A stretch of 64,000 nt of DNA, taken from positions 768,001 to 832,000 of the forward strand of contig CAWBNQ010000001.1 in assembly GCA_963790205.1 (NCBI GenBank), given 5' to 3'. The position numbers were made by a program, and so were the translations under genes. This document shows, in pieces, positions 1 to 9,388 of the stretch. Origin of the DNA: Nitrospirota bacterium. Lineage in GTDB: Bacteria; Nitrospirota; UBA9217. The notes beneath the pieces were generated by a model. It saw nothing but the letters and a program-made list of their open reading frames with translations. It was not told the origin of the DNA and searched no databases. Positions within the stretch are counted from its first letter, which is position 1. Every line of letters starts with the position of its first letter.

Positions 1-1
1 C

Positions 2-562
2 TACCTTGCCTTCAGCCTCCACGGCATGGGCGGCGTTTCCTGCTGCAAGGCGCTTAAGTCCGATCCGGAGCTGAGGGGAATCCCGGTGGTGATGGTCTGC
101 ACCGCGGCCGGAGAGGAGCCCGGTCTCAGCCGCGCCGCCGGGTGCGACGCGGTCGTCGCCAAGCCCATCGATCGCCGGGAGTTTCTGGAGACGGGACTCT
201 CGCTCATCCCCAGGACCCCCCCGAGCGGGGAACGAATGCCGTGCCGCGCCATCGTGGCCTGCTCCACGGGCTCCGAAATATTTTACGGGTCCATCGAGGA
301 CATCAGCAGCAGCGGCATGTTCGTGGGGTCTTCCCGCAAGATCGCCGCGGGCGAGCTTTTGACCTTGAAGTTCGTCCTCCCCCAAAGCGGCGCCGTGCCG
401 ATCGAGACCGCGGCGCAGGTCAACTGGGTGAACGGCGGCAAACAGCAGCGCAACGACCACCTCCCCCCCGGTTTCGGGGTGCTCTTTCAGGGGCTTGAAG
501 CGGCCGCAATCGAACAGATCAAGGACTATATGAATCTCATCCGGCTGCAGTTGGGCTGGTAG
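2..562 (+). CDS. Response-regulator receiver-like domain + PilZ domain protein (5'-truncated by the window)
   Basis: Frame open from base 2. Receiver C-terminal half (IPVVMV...GCDAVVAKP) followed by a PilZ-like R..R / DISSSG signature and GFGVLF. Confidence 0.75.
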   Translation, partial: YLAFSLHGMGGVSCCKALKSDPELRGIPVVMVCTAAGEEPGLSRAAGCDAVVAKPIDRREFLETGLSLIPRTPPSGERMPCRAIVACSTGSEIFYGSIEDISSSGMFVGSSRKIAAGELLTLKFVLPQSGAVPIETAAQVNWVNGGKQQRNDHLPPGFGVLFQGLEAAAIEQIKDYMNLIRLQLGW

Positions 563-678
563 CGGCCCGCTCCCCTTTCCCGACACGTTCTTCTAAATTT
601 CTTGCTATTTCCAGTGTTTTATACTATCTTTTTCTTCAATGAGCGCTTCGTTTAAAGCAAACGATGGACCGAAGCTCT

Positions 679-784
679 GCCCGAACCGACCACGAAAAAA
701 GTCCCCCAGCGCCAGATCGATTCTGTTGATCGGCAGAGCAATCAGTTGGTGTATGAGTTGCATGGGTTGACAGAAGATGAGATT
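679..784 (+). pseudogene. Remnant of the C-terminal tail of a type IIG (Eco57I-like) restriction-modification enzyme
   Basis: Translates, with one frameshift near 700, as ARTDHEK/VPQRQIDSVDRQSNQLVYELHGLTEDEI. This matches the typical type IIG tail (…QIDxxDxQIDxLVYxLYGLTxEEI). Confidence 0.65.
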
Positions 785-786
785 CT

Positions 787-972
787 ATTGTCGCAATTCT
801 TGCATCGAAGATCGTAAATGAAGCGGTACAAACAGACGTAGTATTGCATGATGCTACGGACGTTCCTCCTGTTGTCGTGGATCATATTCTGGATATCTTC
901 GAGCTGCGCGGCCTCGTTGTATTAGCGAAGACCATAGGAGCAAGGCATATTATTTCTGTCTCGCCAGAGTTA
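787..972 (+). pseudogene. Gene fragment without a start, possibly the winged-helix C-terminus of a TIR-domain-type protein
   Basis: Open frame IVAILASKIVNE…VVVDHILDIFELRGLVVLAKTIG…HIISVSPEL, fused directly to the RM remnant. Family resemblance is from memory only. Confidence 0.3.
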
Positions 973-1030
973 ATAATGGATGCTACGCTGAATTCATTGG
1001 CGAGCAGGTTTGGGTCAACCGGGAGGGTTT

Positions 1031-2146
1031 ATGGAAAGGATAAAGGCTTGTCGTCTTGTCTGGCTTGTTATGCTGCCTCTTTTTGCTAGTTGTTCTACCG
1101 TCCCGCTTGTTAGAGTTGAGAGGCCTTGGATTCGAACATTGCAATCATCTGAGCCAATACAGCATGACGCGAAACTCAAAATCGAAGTGGAGGGATCGAC
1201 CCTGCCCCTTCTTGGAAAAGAAGAGCTTGTAGAAGACACAATCCGTAACAAGATTTCAGCTCTCCTCAAGAGACGTGGCTTTGTAATTGACGATGCGTCT
1301 TACGATTATAAAGTGCGGTTGAATTACAAATCAGAGAGAAGCGACAAACTTAAATTTTCTTCCGCTTTTGCCTCCGCTAATTTAGACCGACTCAGTGAAT
1401 CGACTTCTTCATCCGCTGCGAATGCTCTCGGTCTCGGGGTCGCTTTCGCCAGTTCGATCAGCGAGCTATCGTCTGCGCAAACCGCTGTTGCCCGGCAAGC
1501 TGTAGAGCAATCTGTATCTTATATTCACACCATTTCCATTGACATCTTCAATCGTAATGACGTTGTCGTATGGAAAGGGGATACCACGTGGGATTCACAG
1601 AACTTGAACTTTGTTAATGATATCATCCCAGCTCTTCACTTAATTTTAAGCTATCTACCAACCGACCAAGCCGTTAAACCTGAAGTCCCGGAAATTAAGA
1701 ACAGTCATGTCGTGAATTATTACATGATTGTCTGTGTAAATACTTGGTTCACGTGCCCGGCTTTGCCTTATCGGATTTATTTAAAAACCGACCCAGGACA
1801 ATTTATAACCAATTATGTGCCAAGCAACATAAAAGAACAATATGCGTTGGCAGCCTATGTTGATCTCATACAAACCGCTGAATATGCCTTGCCTGATGGC
1901 GACGAAGACGACTGGAAAAATCCGCTCGATATAAATTTATGGAATCATGTCACACTCGGCGGGCAATACCTGCTTGGGCCAAATAAAAAGCCAGTAAATG
2001 TAATAATCAAGCTTTATGGTCAAAAGGAAGGCTACTATCTTGATAGTTGTCGAGTTGTTTCTGACAATGAATATTCAGATTTTAAGCAAAAGTTATTAAA
2101 GTGGCGGAAAGCGCTGTCAGATTATGTAGATTGTTATGCTCACTAG
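1031..2146 (+). CDS. Hypothetical lipoprotein, AT-rich (likely horizontally acquired)
   Basis: GGAGG SD then ATG at 1031; lipobox-like LFASC; visibly lower GC than flanking genes. Confidence 0.7.
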   Translation: MERIKACRLVWLVMLPLFASCSTVPLVRVERPWIRTLQSSEPIQHDAKLKIEVEGSTLPLLGKEELVEDTIRNKISALLKRRGFVIDDASYDYKVRLNYKSERSDKLKFSSAFASANLDRLSESTSSSAANALGLGVAFASSISELSSAQTAVARQAVEQSVSYIHTISIDIFNRNDVVVWKGDTTWDSQNLNFVNDIIPALHLILSYLPTDQAVKPEVPEIKNSHVVNYYMIVCVNTWFTCPALPYRIYLKTDPGQFITNYVPSNIKEQYALAAYVDLIQTAEYALPDGDEDDWKNPLDINLWNHVTLGGQYLLGPNKKPVNVIIKLYGQKEGYYLDSCRVVSDNEYSDFKQKLLKWRKALSDYVDCYAH

Positions 2147-2209
2147 AAATCATTATGTTGAACTGTTAGTCGTTGATATTCACGCTGTCACCCTCTGGTC
2201 TTTTTAAAA

Positions 2210-2332
2210 ACCAAGACTGGCCACGAAAAGGCCGCTTTTCATTGCAAGATCGACACCATTGACCAGCAGATAGATTAGTTCGTGTCTGAGCTGTATGGCT
2301 TGACGGAGGAGGAAATAAAGGTCGTTGAGGGG
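2210..2332 (+). pseudogene. Second type IIG RM C-terminal tail remnant
   Basis: TKTGHEKAAFHCKIDTIDQQID*FVSELYGLTEEEIKVVEG, with an in-frame TAG at 2276-2278. Confidence 0.7.
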
Positions 2333-2336
2333 AAGA

Positions 2337-2390
2337 TGGGCGAATAGGGGTGAGAGGACCAATAAGTCGAATAAGGGAAATAGGACTTAT
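2337..2390 (+). repeat. Degenerate 9-nt tandem repeat (TARGNNNNA) immediately upstream of the four-helix-bundle gene
   Basis: taggggtga-gaggaccaa-taagtcgaa-taagggaaa-taggactta. The same unit recurs inside the gene at 2769-2804. Confidence 0.6.
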
Positions 2391-2970
2391 GGAAGACAAA
2401 AGAGAAAAAAGAAATACTAAAACCTTACCGGGCCTCCTCGAGCCGCATGGCGGATATCAGAATCTGAAGTCCTATCAGATGTCGGAGATCGTCTATGACG
2501 CCGCCACGGCGTTCTGCAACCGGTTCATCGACCGCAGATCGCGCACCCACGACCAGATGGTCCAGGCGGCCCGGAGCGGCAAGCAGAACATCGCAGAGGG
2601 GAGCATGGCTTCGGGCACGTCGCGCAAGACGGAGCTGAAGCTCGTGGGCGTCGCTCGCGCGAGCCTTGAGGAGCTGCTGCTTGACTGCAAGGATTATCTT
2701 CGCCAGCACGGGCTGGCGTTATGGGGCAAGGACCATGCTACCGCGAAAGAAATAAGACAGCTGGCTTATAGGACAGATAGGTCGTATAGGACATATAGGA
2801 CCTATATTGAAGAACAAGAACCTGAAGTTGCCGCGAACACGCTGGTTTGCCTGATCCACCAGACGAACTACCTGCTTGACCAGCAGCTTCGGCAGCTTGA
2901 AGAGCGCTTTCTGAAAGAGGGCGGGTTCACGGAACGGCTTTACAAAAAACGCTCTGAGTCGAGAAAATAG
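2389..2970 (+). CDS. Four helix bundle (23S rRNA intervening-sequence/bAvd-like) suffix-domain protein
   Basis: HGGYxNLxSYQ…RTHDQMVQAARSGKQNIAEGS…ARASLEELLLD…EGGFTERLY motifs. Confidence 0.85.
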   Translation: MEDKREKRNTKTLPGLLEPHGGYQNLKSYQMSEIVYDAATAFCNRFIDRRSRTHDQMVQAARSGKQNIAEGSMASGTSRKTELKLVGVARASLEELLLDCKDYLRQHGLALWGKDHATAKEIRQLAYRTDRSYRTYRTYIEEQEPEVAANTLVCLIHQTNYLLDQQLRQLEERFLKEGGFTERLYKKRSESRK

Positions 2971-2989
2971 TGAAGCGGTTCCGGAATTC

Positions 2990-4292
2990 CTACGCGCTCT
3001 TTAAGTACTCGATGATCTTCTCCCGGATGGTCTTGAAGATCTGTTCGAACTTTGCTTCGTCGTTCTCGAGCAGCGTTACCCGGAATCCCTTCAGGCTGCA
3101 ATTGAACCCCGTGAGCGGCACCACGCAGATCCCCGTCGTCGCCAGGAGATAGTACACAAACCGCTTGTCGAGCGCAACATCCTTCGTTATTCTTACGACC
3201 AATTCTTTTACCGCCTTGTCCGTTACCGGCAGAGACTGCTTCCCGTTCAAAACACCCTCTTCGAACATCACGGTCATATAAAAAGCGCCGTTCGTCCTGT
3301 TGACGACGATCCCCTTGATGTCCTTCAACAGATCGTAGGCGATGTTCGAGCGCCGCTCGTATTTCTTGTTGCGCCCCTCCACGTGGGCCTTGAACCGCTT
3401 GTCGCTGAAGATCTTCGGGATCACCTTCTGCGGCAGCGTGGTGGAACAGACCTCGAGCATCTTGTCGTCGACGATGCTCTTTACGTATTTCGTGAAGACC
3501 GCGTCATGCTTCTGGTTGTACACCTCGATCCAGCCGCAGCGAGAACCGGGCCAGGGAAGCTCCTTCGAAATGCCCTTCATCGAGATGCCGCACACCTCGC
3601 CGATCACCTCGGCGAGCGGCACGGCCCTCTTTGCCGTTATAGGCCATGTTGATGTAGATCTCGTCGCAGACGATGAAAAGGTCGTACTCCCGGGCGATGG
3701 CCACGATCTCCTGGAGCACTTCTTTGGGGTAGACCGCGCCCGTGGGATTGTCGGGGTTGATGACGAGGATGCCGGAGATCGCCGGGTTGTACTTCACCTT
3801 CATCCGCAGATCGTTCAGATCGGGATACCACAGGTTGTGCGGGTCGAGGTTGTAGGAAATATACTCGGCCCCGGCGTGCGAGGCCTCGGCGGAGGAGTGC
3901 GTGCTGTAGGCCGGGCTCGGCCCGATCACGCGGTATTCCTTCTTGAGCTGGCCGTAGATCTTGCCGATGGCGTCGCCCAGGCCGTTAAAGAAGATGATGT
4001 CCTCTTTGGTGATCCTTACGTTGCCGTTGCTGTTCGCCATTTGCGACAGGAATTCCCGCGTTGCATCGAGGCCCTTGGTCGGCGAATAGGCGTAGGACAT
4101 GTCCTCCCGGTTCGCTTCGATCACGATTTCCTTGATCCAGTCGGGGATCTTTTCGCCCTTTTGGACGGGGTCGCCGATGTTCTCCCACATGATCTCGAGC
4201 CCCAGCTTGCCGAACTCCTTGGCAACGGCCACGATCTCCCGTATCTCGTATTTCAGTTCATCAGCGCCGAGCGAAACAATATTATTTCTCAT
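2990..4292 (-). CDS. Class I/II PLP-dependent aminotransferase (AlaA-like), split by a +1 frameshift at ~3625-3627
   Basis: NIGDP, NPDNPTG, DEIY and SKELPWPGSRCGW motifs. Removing one G of GGG joins the two ORFs as KEAVPLAEV. Confidence 0.85.
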
Positions 4293-4465
4293 GAGTACCT
4301 ACCCTGTCCCTGCCCGACTTCGAGCCGCCGTGAAGGGACGCCTCCTCCGTACATTCCGCTAATCCGCATATATTACTAAAAGCGCGGTCGTGAGTAAAGA
4401 TAATTATTAGTCGCGCAGCCCCTGCCGGTATGTCATAATGAGGAAGAGGAGCGATAGGAGGAGCC

Positions 4466-7165
4466 GTGCATTTTCATCAGAAAAGCGTCGAAGAAACCCT
4501 GGCGGAACTCAAATCCACGCGTTCCGGAATCACCGCCAACGAGGCGCGGGAGCGCCTGACGCGGTACGGGCCGAACGAACTCGCCGGAAAAAAGAGGAAG
4601 ACCGCTGCGGCAATGTTCCTCGATCAATTCAGGGACTTCATGATCCTGGTCCTGATCGCCGCGGCGATCGTCTCCGGCATCATCGGCGAGGCCTCCGACA
4701 CCATAGCCATCATTGTCATCCTGGTCCTGAATGCGGCGCTCGGTTTCACCCAGGAGTACCGCGCCGACAGGGCCATGGAAGCGCTTAAGAAGATGGCCGC
4801 TGTTCACGCAACGGTCCTGCGCGGCGGGAATCCCCTGGCCATCCCGGCGTCCGAGCTCGTTCCCGGGGACATCGTCCTGCTTGACGCAGGCATGGTGGTG
4901 CCGGCGGACCTGCGCGTCCAGGAGTCCGCCGGGCTCACGGTGGAGGAGGCCGCGCTCACCGGAGAATCCATGCCCGTGGAAAAAAACAGCGACCGTCTTT
5001 CCGACGAGGCGCTCCCCCTGGGCGACCGGAAGAACATGCTCTATAAGGGGACATTCGTCACCTACGGTCGCGGCCGGGGCGTCGTGACGGCAACAGGCAT
5101 GAAAACCGAATTGGGCAGGATCGCAACCATGATCCAGGCCGAGGAAGAAGTAAAGACACCGCTTCAGAAACGGCTCGCGCATTTCGGCAGACGCATCTCC
5201 CTCGTTATTCTCATCATCTGCGCCGTGGTCTTCATCATGGGGCTTCTCCGCGGTGAGCCTGTTGCGAACATCTTCCTGGTGGCCGTCAGCCTCGCCGTGG
5301 CCGCCATACCCGAGGCGCTGCCGGCTGTGGTCGTCATCGCCCTGGCGCTGGGCGCACGGAAAATGGTGAAACAGAACGCTCTTGTGCGGAAGCTGCCCGC
5401 GGTCGAGACCCTGGGCTCCGTTACGTATATCTGCACGGACAAAACCGGGACGCTTACCGTGAATAAGATGACGGTGGAGGAACTGTGGGCGGAGGGGAAG
5501 ATAGTTCGGAGTTCGGAGTTCGGAGTCGCCCCTCGCCCCATCCCTCTCCCCGAGGGGGGATTCAATTTCAATCCGCAATCGGCAATCGGCAATCCGAAAT
5601 CTCTTCTCCTGACCGCTTTCGCCCTTTCGAACGACGCCTGCAAGGACAACGCAGGCGTCTGCCTCGGCGATCCTACCGAGGCGGCCCTCTTGACCGCGGC
5701 GCTTGTAAACGGTTTTGAGAAGCAGACGCTGGAAAAAACGAATCCGCGCGTGGCGGAAGTCCCCTTTGATTCCGGACGGAAGCTGATGACAACGATACAC
5801 AGTCTGTCAGGAAACAGTCAGCAGTCGGCAGTCTCCGGAGGTAAATACGTCTCCTTCACCAAGGGCGCACTGGAGGCGCTGCTCGAGACCACCGACCAGG
5901 TGCTTACGTCGGAGGGCCCGAAGCCGATCAACAGGGACGATATTCTCGTCATCCACGATCGCATGGCAGCGGAGGGGCTGCGCGTCATGGGCATTGCGAT
6001 GCGGGTATGGGACCGCATGCCTGACGTGAAAGCCCCCGTGGTTGAAACGAACCTGACGTTTTTGGGCCTCGCGGGCATGCTGGACCCGCCGCGGGAAGAG
6101 GCGAAAAAAGCGGTCGCAGAGTGCAGGACCGCCGGGATCACTCCGGTGATGATCACCGGCGACCACCCGCTCACGGCCCGGGTCATCGCCCGCCGTGTCG
6201 GCATCCTGGAAGCGGATGATCCCGGGGCCGTCATGACCGGCAATGAGCTCGAGGCGTTGTCGCTCGATGAATTTGAGAAACGCGTTGAGTCGATTCGCGT
6301 TTATGCGCGCGTGGCGCCGGAGCAGAAGCTCAAGATCGTCCGAGCGCTCCAGGACAAGGGCCACTTCGTGGCCATGACCGGCGACGGCGTGAACGACGCT
6401 CCGGCGCTCAAGCGGGCCGACATCGGAGTTGCCATGGGAATAACGGGTACGGACGTGGCCAAGGAGGCGTCGTCCATGATCCTGTTGGACGACAATTTCG
6501 CCACGATCGTGAAAGCGGTGAGAGAAGGCCGTAAGATCTACGACAATATCCGCAAGGTGATCAAGTATCTCCTGTCGTCGAACTCGGGTGAGCTTTGGAC
6601 GCTCTGCCTTGCTCCGTTCCTCGGCCTGCCCGTCCCGCTCCAGCCGATCCACATCCTCTGGATCAACCTGGTGACCGACGGCCTGCCGGCGCTGGCGCTC
6701 TCCATGGAGCCCGGGGAACGGGACGTCATGAGCCGGCCGCCGCGCCATCCGAAGGAAAGCCTCTTCAGCCGCGGACTCGGCGGATACACGATCTGGGTCG
6801 GCCTGCTCATGGCCGTGGTCACGCTCTCGGCCCAGGCATGGGCCATCCACGTCGGGGACGCTCATTGGCAGACCATGGTGTTCACAACACTCTGTTTCCT
6901 GGAACTCGGGAACGTAATGGCCATCCGGTCCGAGCGTGAATCCCTTTTCACGCAGGGTATCCTGTCGAACAAGGTCCTGCTCATGACCGTTGTCGCAACC
7001 TTCGCACTCCAGCTCACGACCATTTATGTTCCCGCCCTGAACTCCGTCTTCAAAACAGCCCCGTTGAGCGCTGACGAGCTCGCATTGGTCATTGCCCTCT
7101 CCTCAATCGTCTTTTTTGCCGTTGAGCTGCAAAAGCTGATCAAGAGAAGGCAAAAAATCGCTTGA
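4466..7165 (+). CDS. Cation-translocating P-type ATPase, type IIA (Ca2+-type)
   Basis: TGES, IPEAL, DKTGT, KGA, DPPR, TGDH and GDGVND motifs; ~10 TM helices. Confidence 0.95.
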   Translation: MHFHQKSVEETLAELKSTRSGITANEARERLTRYGPNELAGKKRKTAAAMFLDQFRDFMILVLIAAAIVSGIIGEASDTIAIIVILVLNAALGFTQEYRADRAMEALKKMAAVHATVLRGGNPLAIPASELVPGDIVLLDAGMVVPADLRVQESAGLTVEEAALTGESMPVEKNSDRLSDEALPLGDRKNMLYKGTFVTYGRGRGVVTATGMKTELGRIATMIQAEEEVKTPLQKRLAHFGRRISLVILIICAVVFIMGLLRGEPVANIFLVAVSLAVAAIPEALPAVVVIALALGARKMVKQNALVRKLPAVETLGSVTYICTDKTGTLTVNKMTVEELWAEGKIVRSSEFGVAPRPIPLPEGGFNFNPQSAIGNPKSLLLTAFALSNDACKDNAGVCLGDPTEAALLTAALVNGFEKQTLEKTNPRVAEVPFDSGRKLMTTIHSLSGNSQQSAVSGGKYVSFTKGALEALLETTDQVLTSEGPKPINRDDILVIHDRMAAEGLRVMGIAMRVWDRMPDVKAPVVETNLTFLGLAGMLDPPREEAKKAVAECRTAGITPVMITGDHPLTARVIARRVGILEADDPGAVMTGNELEALSLDEFEKRVESIRVYARVAPEQKLKIVRALQDKGHFVAMTGDGVNDAPALKRADIGVAMGITGTDVAKEASSMILLDDNFATIVKAVREGRKIYDNIRKVIKYLLSSNSGELWTLCLAPFLGLPVPLQPIHILWINLVTDGLPALALSMEPGERDVMSRPPRHPKESLFSRGLGGYTIWVGLLMAVVTLSAQAWAIHVGDAHWQTMVFTTLCFLELGNVMAIRSERESLFTQGILSNKVLLMTVVATFALQLTTIYVPALNSVFKTAPLSADELALVIALSSIVFFAVELQKLIKRRQKIA

Positions 7166-7190
7166 CTTCTCGCGTACGGGGTATCATAAT
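7162..7190 (+). promoter_or_regulatory. Sigma70-type promoter for the YeiH-family gene
   Basis: TTGACT-N17-CATAAT, overlapping the ATPase stop codon. Confidence 0.6.
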
Positions 7191-7424
7191 TTGTTGAAAT
7201 TTCAAGAAATCAGTAGGAGGGAGATATTCGCCAGCCTTGATATGCCCATCGTCGCACTTGAGAGAGGACATCATGGAATGACCTGATCTTGCGCCCGTAC
7301 CGACCCTGTCACGAGGAGGTGATGAGAGTGACGGATCCGCCGTTTGCCTGAAGTGTTTTTCAGCATGGAACAGGGATAATGGTTACCTGATGAAATGCTT
7401 TACCTTAGGAGAAGGAGGAAGGCT

Positions 7425-8846
7425 ATGTCGGAAGAGCAAGGAAAATCCTCAAAGAAATTCCGTGAAACAAAGGAAAGCGCCGTGGAAGCGCCGCCAAAAT
7501 CCGCGCTGGGGTGGAAGGAGCTTTATTTAAAAGAGGATTGGTGGGCAATATACCTCGGAATCGGGATCGTGCTCATCTCGCTGGTCGCTTTTCTGAATGG
7601 AAGCGCCGTCGTGAAGTCGCTCGCCATAAATCCCGGAGGATTAAAGTGGTCGTCCTTCGGCCAGTTGATGGACCACTTCCGCAGTAACATCCACTTGTAC
7701 GCCCTGCAATTGATTTCCTGGCTCGTCATCTTCGGCGTTTCCACAAGGATCATGGGCATCCAGACCTCGAAGTTTATTCCATCCTTCATCATCCTGTACG
7801 TGCTGTCCATCGTCATGTTCTCGATCGGCGGGTGGGTGGACGCGCCGAAATATAACCTGGAGCCGCCGCTGGTCGCGCTCATCGTCGGGCTCGTGATCGC
7901 AAACGTCGTCCCCCTTCCCAAGTGGATGGATGCGGGGTTCCGGGTGGAGTACTACATCAAGACCGGGATCGTGCTGCTTGGGGCGACGTTCCCCATCGCA
8001 TTGGTCGCCTCGGCGGGACCGGTCGCCCTGCTCCAGGCCACGATAATCTCCCTGACGACCTGCCTCACCATCTATTTTGTCGCCACGAAGGTGTTCGGTC
8101 TCGACAAGCGGCTTGCCTCCGTCATCGGCGTGGGAGGCGCGGTCTGCGGCGTTTCCGCGTCCATGGCCATCGCAAGCTCGGTCAAGGCGAAAAAGGAAGA
8201 CCTCTATACGTCAGTAACGCTCGTGGTGGTATGGGCCTTGATCATGATCTTCTTCATTCCCTTCGCGTCAAAGGCCCTTAAGCTGAGTCCGGGCGACGCG
8301 GGCGCGTGGGTGGGGACCTCGGAGTTCGCCGACGCGGCAGGCTTCGCCGCCGCGAGCGCCTATGGCCGCATGGCCGGCAATGAGAACGCCGCCATCCAGG
8401 GATTCACCCTCATGAAGGTCATCGGCAGGGACATGTGGATCGGCATCTGGTCGTTCGTCTTCGCGCTTATCGCCTGCCTGAAATGGGAAAAGGAGGAATG
8501 CGGCGTAAAGCCCAGCGCCATGGAAATCTGGTGGAGGTTCCCGAAATTCGTCATCGGGTTCTTCGTGGCCTCGTTTTTCATGACCACGATAACCGCCGGC
8601 TACTCCGCCGCGGACTTCAACACGCTCGTAAAACCGGGCCTGCTTTTGCCGATCGTTTCCCTCAGGTCGTGGGCGTTCATCTTCTGCTTCCTCAGCATAG
8701 GGCTTACGACCCGGTTTAAGGACCTGAAGGCCGCCGGCTGGAAACCCTTCGGCGCGTTTACGATCGGGGTGGCAATCAATGTGGTGCTCGGGTTCGTCCT
8801 GTCGGTTTTTGTATTCGGCGGCTACTGGTCGAATCTCGGCAAGTAG
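7425..8846 (+). CDS. YeiH / putative sulfate exporter family membrane protein
   Basis: AAGGAGG SD; highly hydrophobic; EYYIKTGIVLLGA, GGAVCGVSA and GLTTRF motifs. Confidence 0.85.
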   Translation: MSEEQGKSSKKFRETKESAVEAPPKSALGWKELYLKEDWWAIYLGIGIVLISLVAFLNGSAVVKSLAINPGGLKWSSFGQLMDHFRSNIHLYALQLISWLVIFGVSTRIMGIQTSKFIPSFIILYVLSIVMFSIGGWVDAPKYNLEPPLVALIVGLVIANVVPLPKWMDAGFRVEYYIKTGIVLLGATFPIALVASAGPVALLQATIISLTTCLTIYFVATKVFGLDKRLASVIGVGGAVCGVSASMAIASSVKAKKEDLYTSVTLVVVWALIMIFFIPFASKALKLSPGDAGAWVGTSEFADAAGFAAASAYGRMAGNENAAIQGFTLMKVIGRDMWIGIWSFVFALIACLKWEKEECGVKPSAMEIWWRFPKFVIGFFVASFFMTTITAGYSAADFNTLVKPGLLLPIVSLRSWAFIFCFLSIGLTTRFKDLKAAGWKPFGAFTIGVAINVVLGFVLSVFVFGGYWSNLGK

Positions 8847-8886
8847 CGTTCGCAGAGGGGGGACCGACGCGCGTCAGGAGGCGACC

Positions 8887-9198
8887 ATGCATGGCCGATG
8901 TATCAGCTGCAGATTCTTCGCAAACGATCCCGCGCTGATCGAGGAGACCTTTCCCGGGTTGAATTCGCTCAGTTCAGCCTATGCCTCCGTCCGGTCCGAC
9001 GCGGGGATATGCAACAGGCACGGATTGTTTCTTTCCTCCTGGCAACGATGCGGGGATTTTGAGCCCGGCGATAACGACGGAAGGGGTTCACTTCTTCCCG
9101 TGGAGAAGAAGCACATCGGGTGGAGCCTCACTCTTGGGGTCGTCCTGCTGGGCATCTTGGCGTGGATAAGCTACACATTCTTCCCGGCAGGGCATTAA
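8887..9198 (+). CDS. Small hypothetical protein with four Cys and a C-terminal TM helix
   Basis: AGGAGG SD; CxxC…C…C pattern; hydrophobic tail; followed by a terminator. Confidence 0.65.
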   Translation: MHGRCISCRFFANDPALIEETFPGLNSLSSAYASVRSDAGICNRHGLFLSSWQRCGDFEPGDNDGRGSLLPVEKKHIGWSLTLGVVLLGILAWISYTFFPAGH

Positions 9199-9216
9199 CG
9201 CGCAATAACGTATCCG

Positions 9217-9251
9217 AGGGCGGCAGGCGCATACCCTGCCGCCCTTTTTTT
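9217..9251 (+). terminator. Rho-independent terminator
   Basis: AGGGCGGCAGG / CCTGCCGCCCT stem followed by a T run. Confidence 0.85.
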
Positions 9252-9388
9252 GACGCACTCATAAAAAAAATTTTCAGCCCGGCTGAGGACGCAGAGATTA
9301 CAGAAAAAAGAAATTTCTATTTTGTATCCTGCCTCTGTCAGCGGTACATTTGCTTTTTACGGCTTTATCTTTTTGAAAGGCGGGTATT

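Noticed and set aside
2389..2970. DGR suggested by an Avd-like four-helix-bundle gene
   Set aside because: No reverse transcriptase and no TR/VR pair nearby.
9250..9388. yybP-ykoY (Mn2+) riboswitch expected upstream of TerC
   Set aside because: No recognisable consensus; the region looks like a degenerate periodic repeat.
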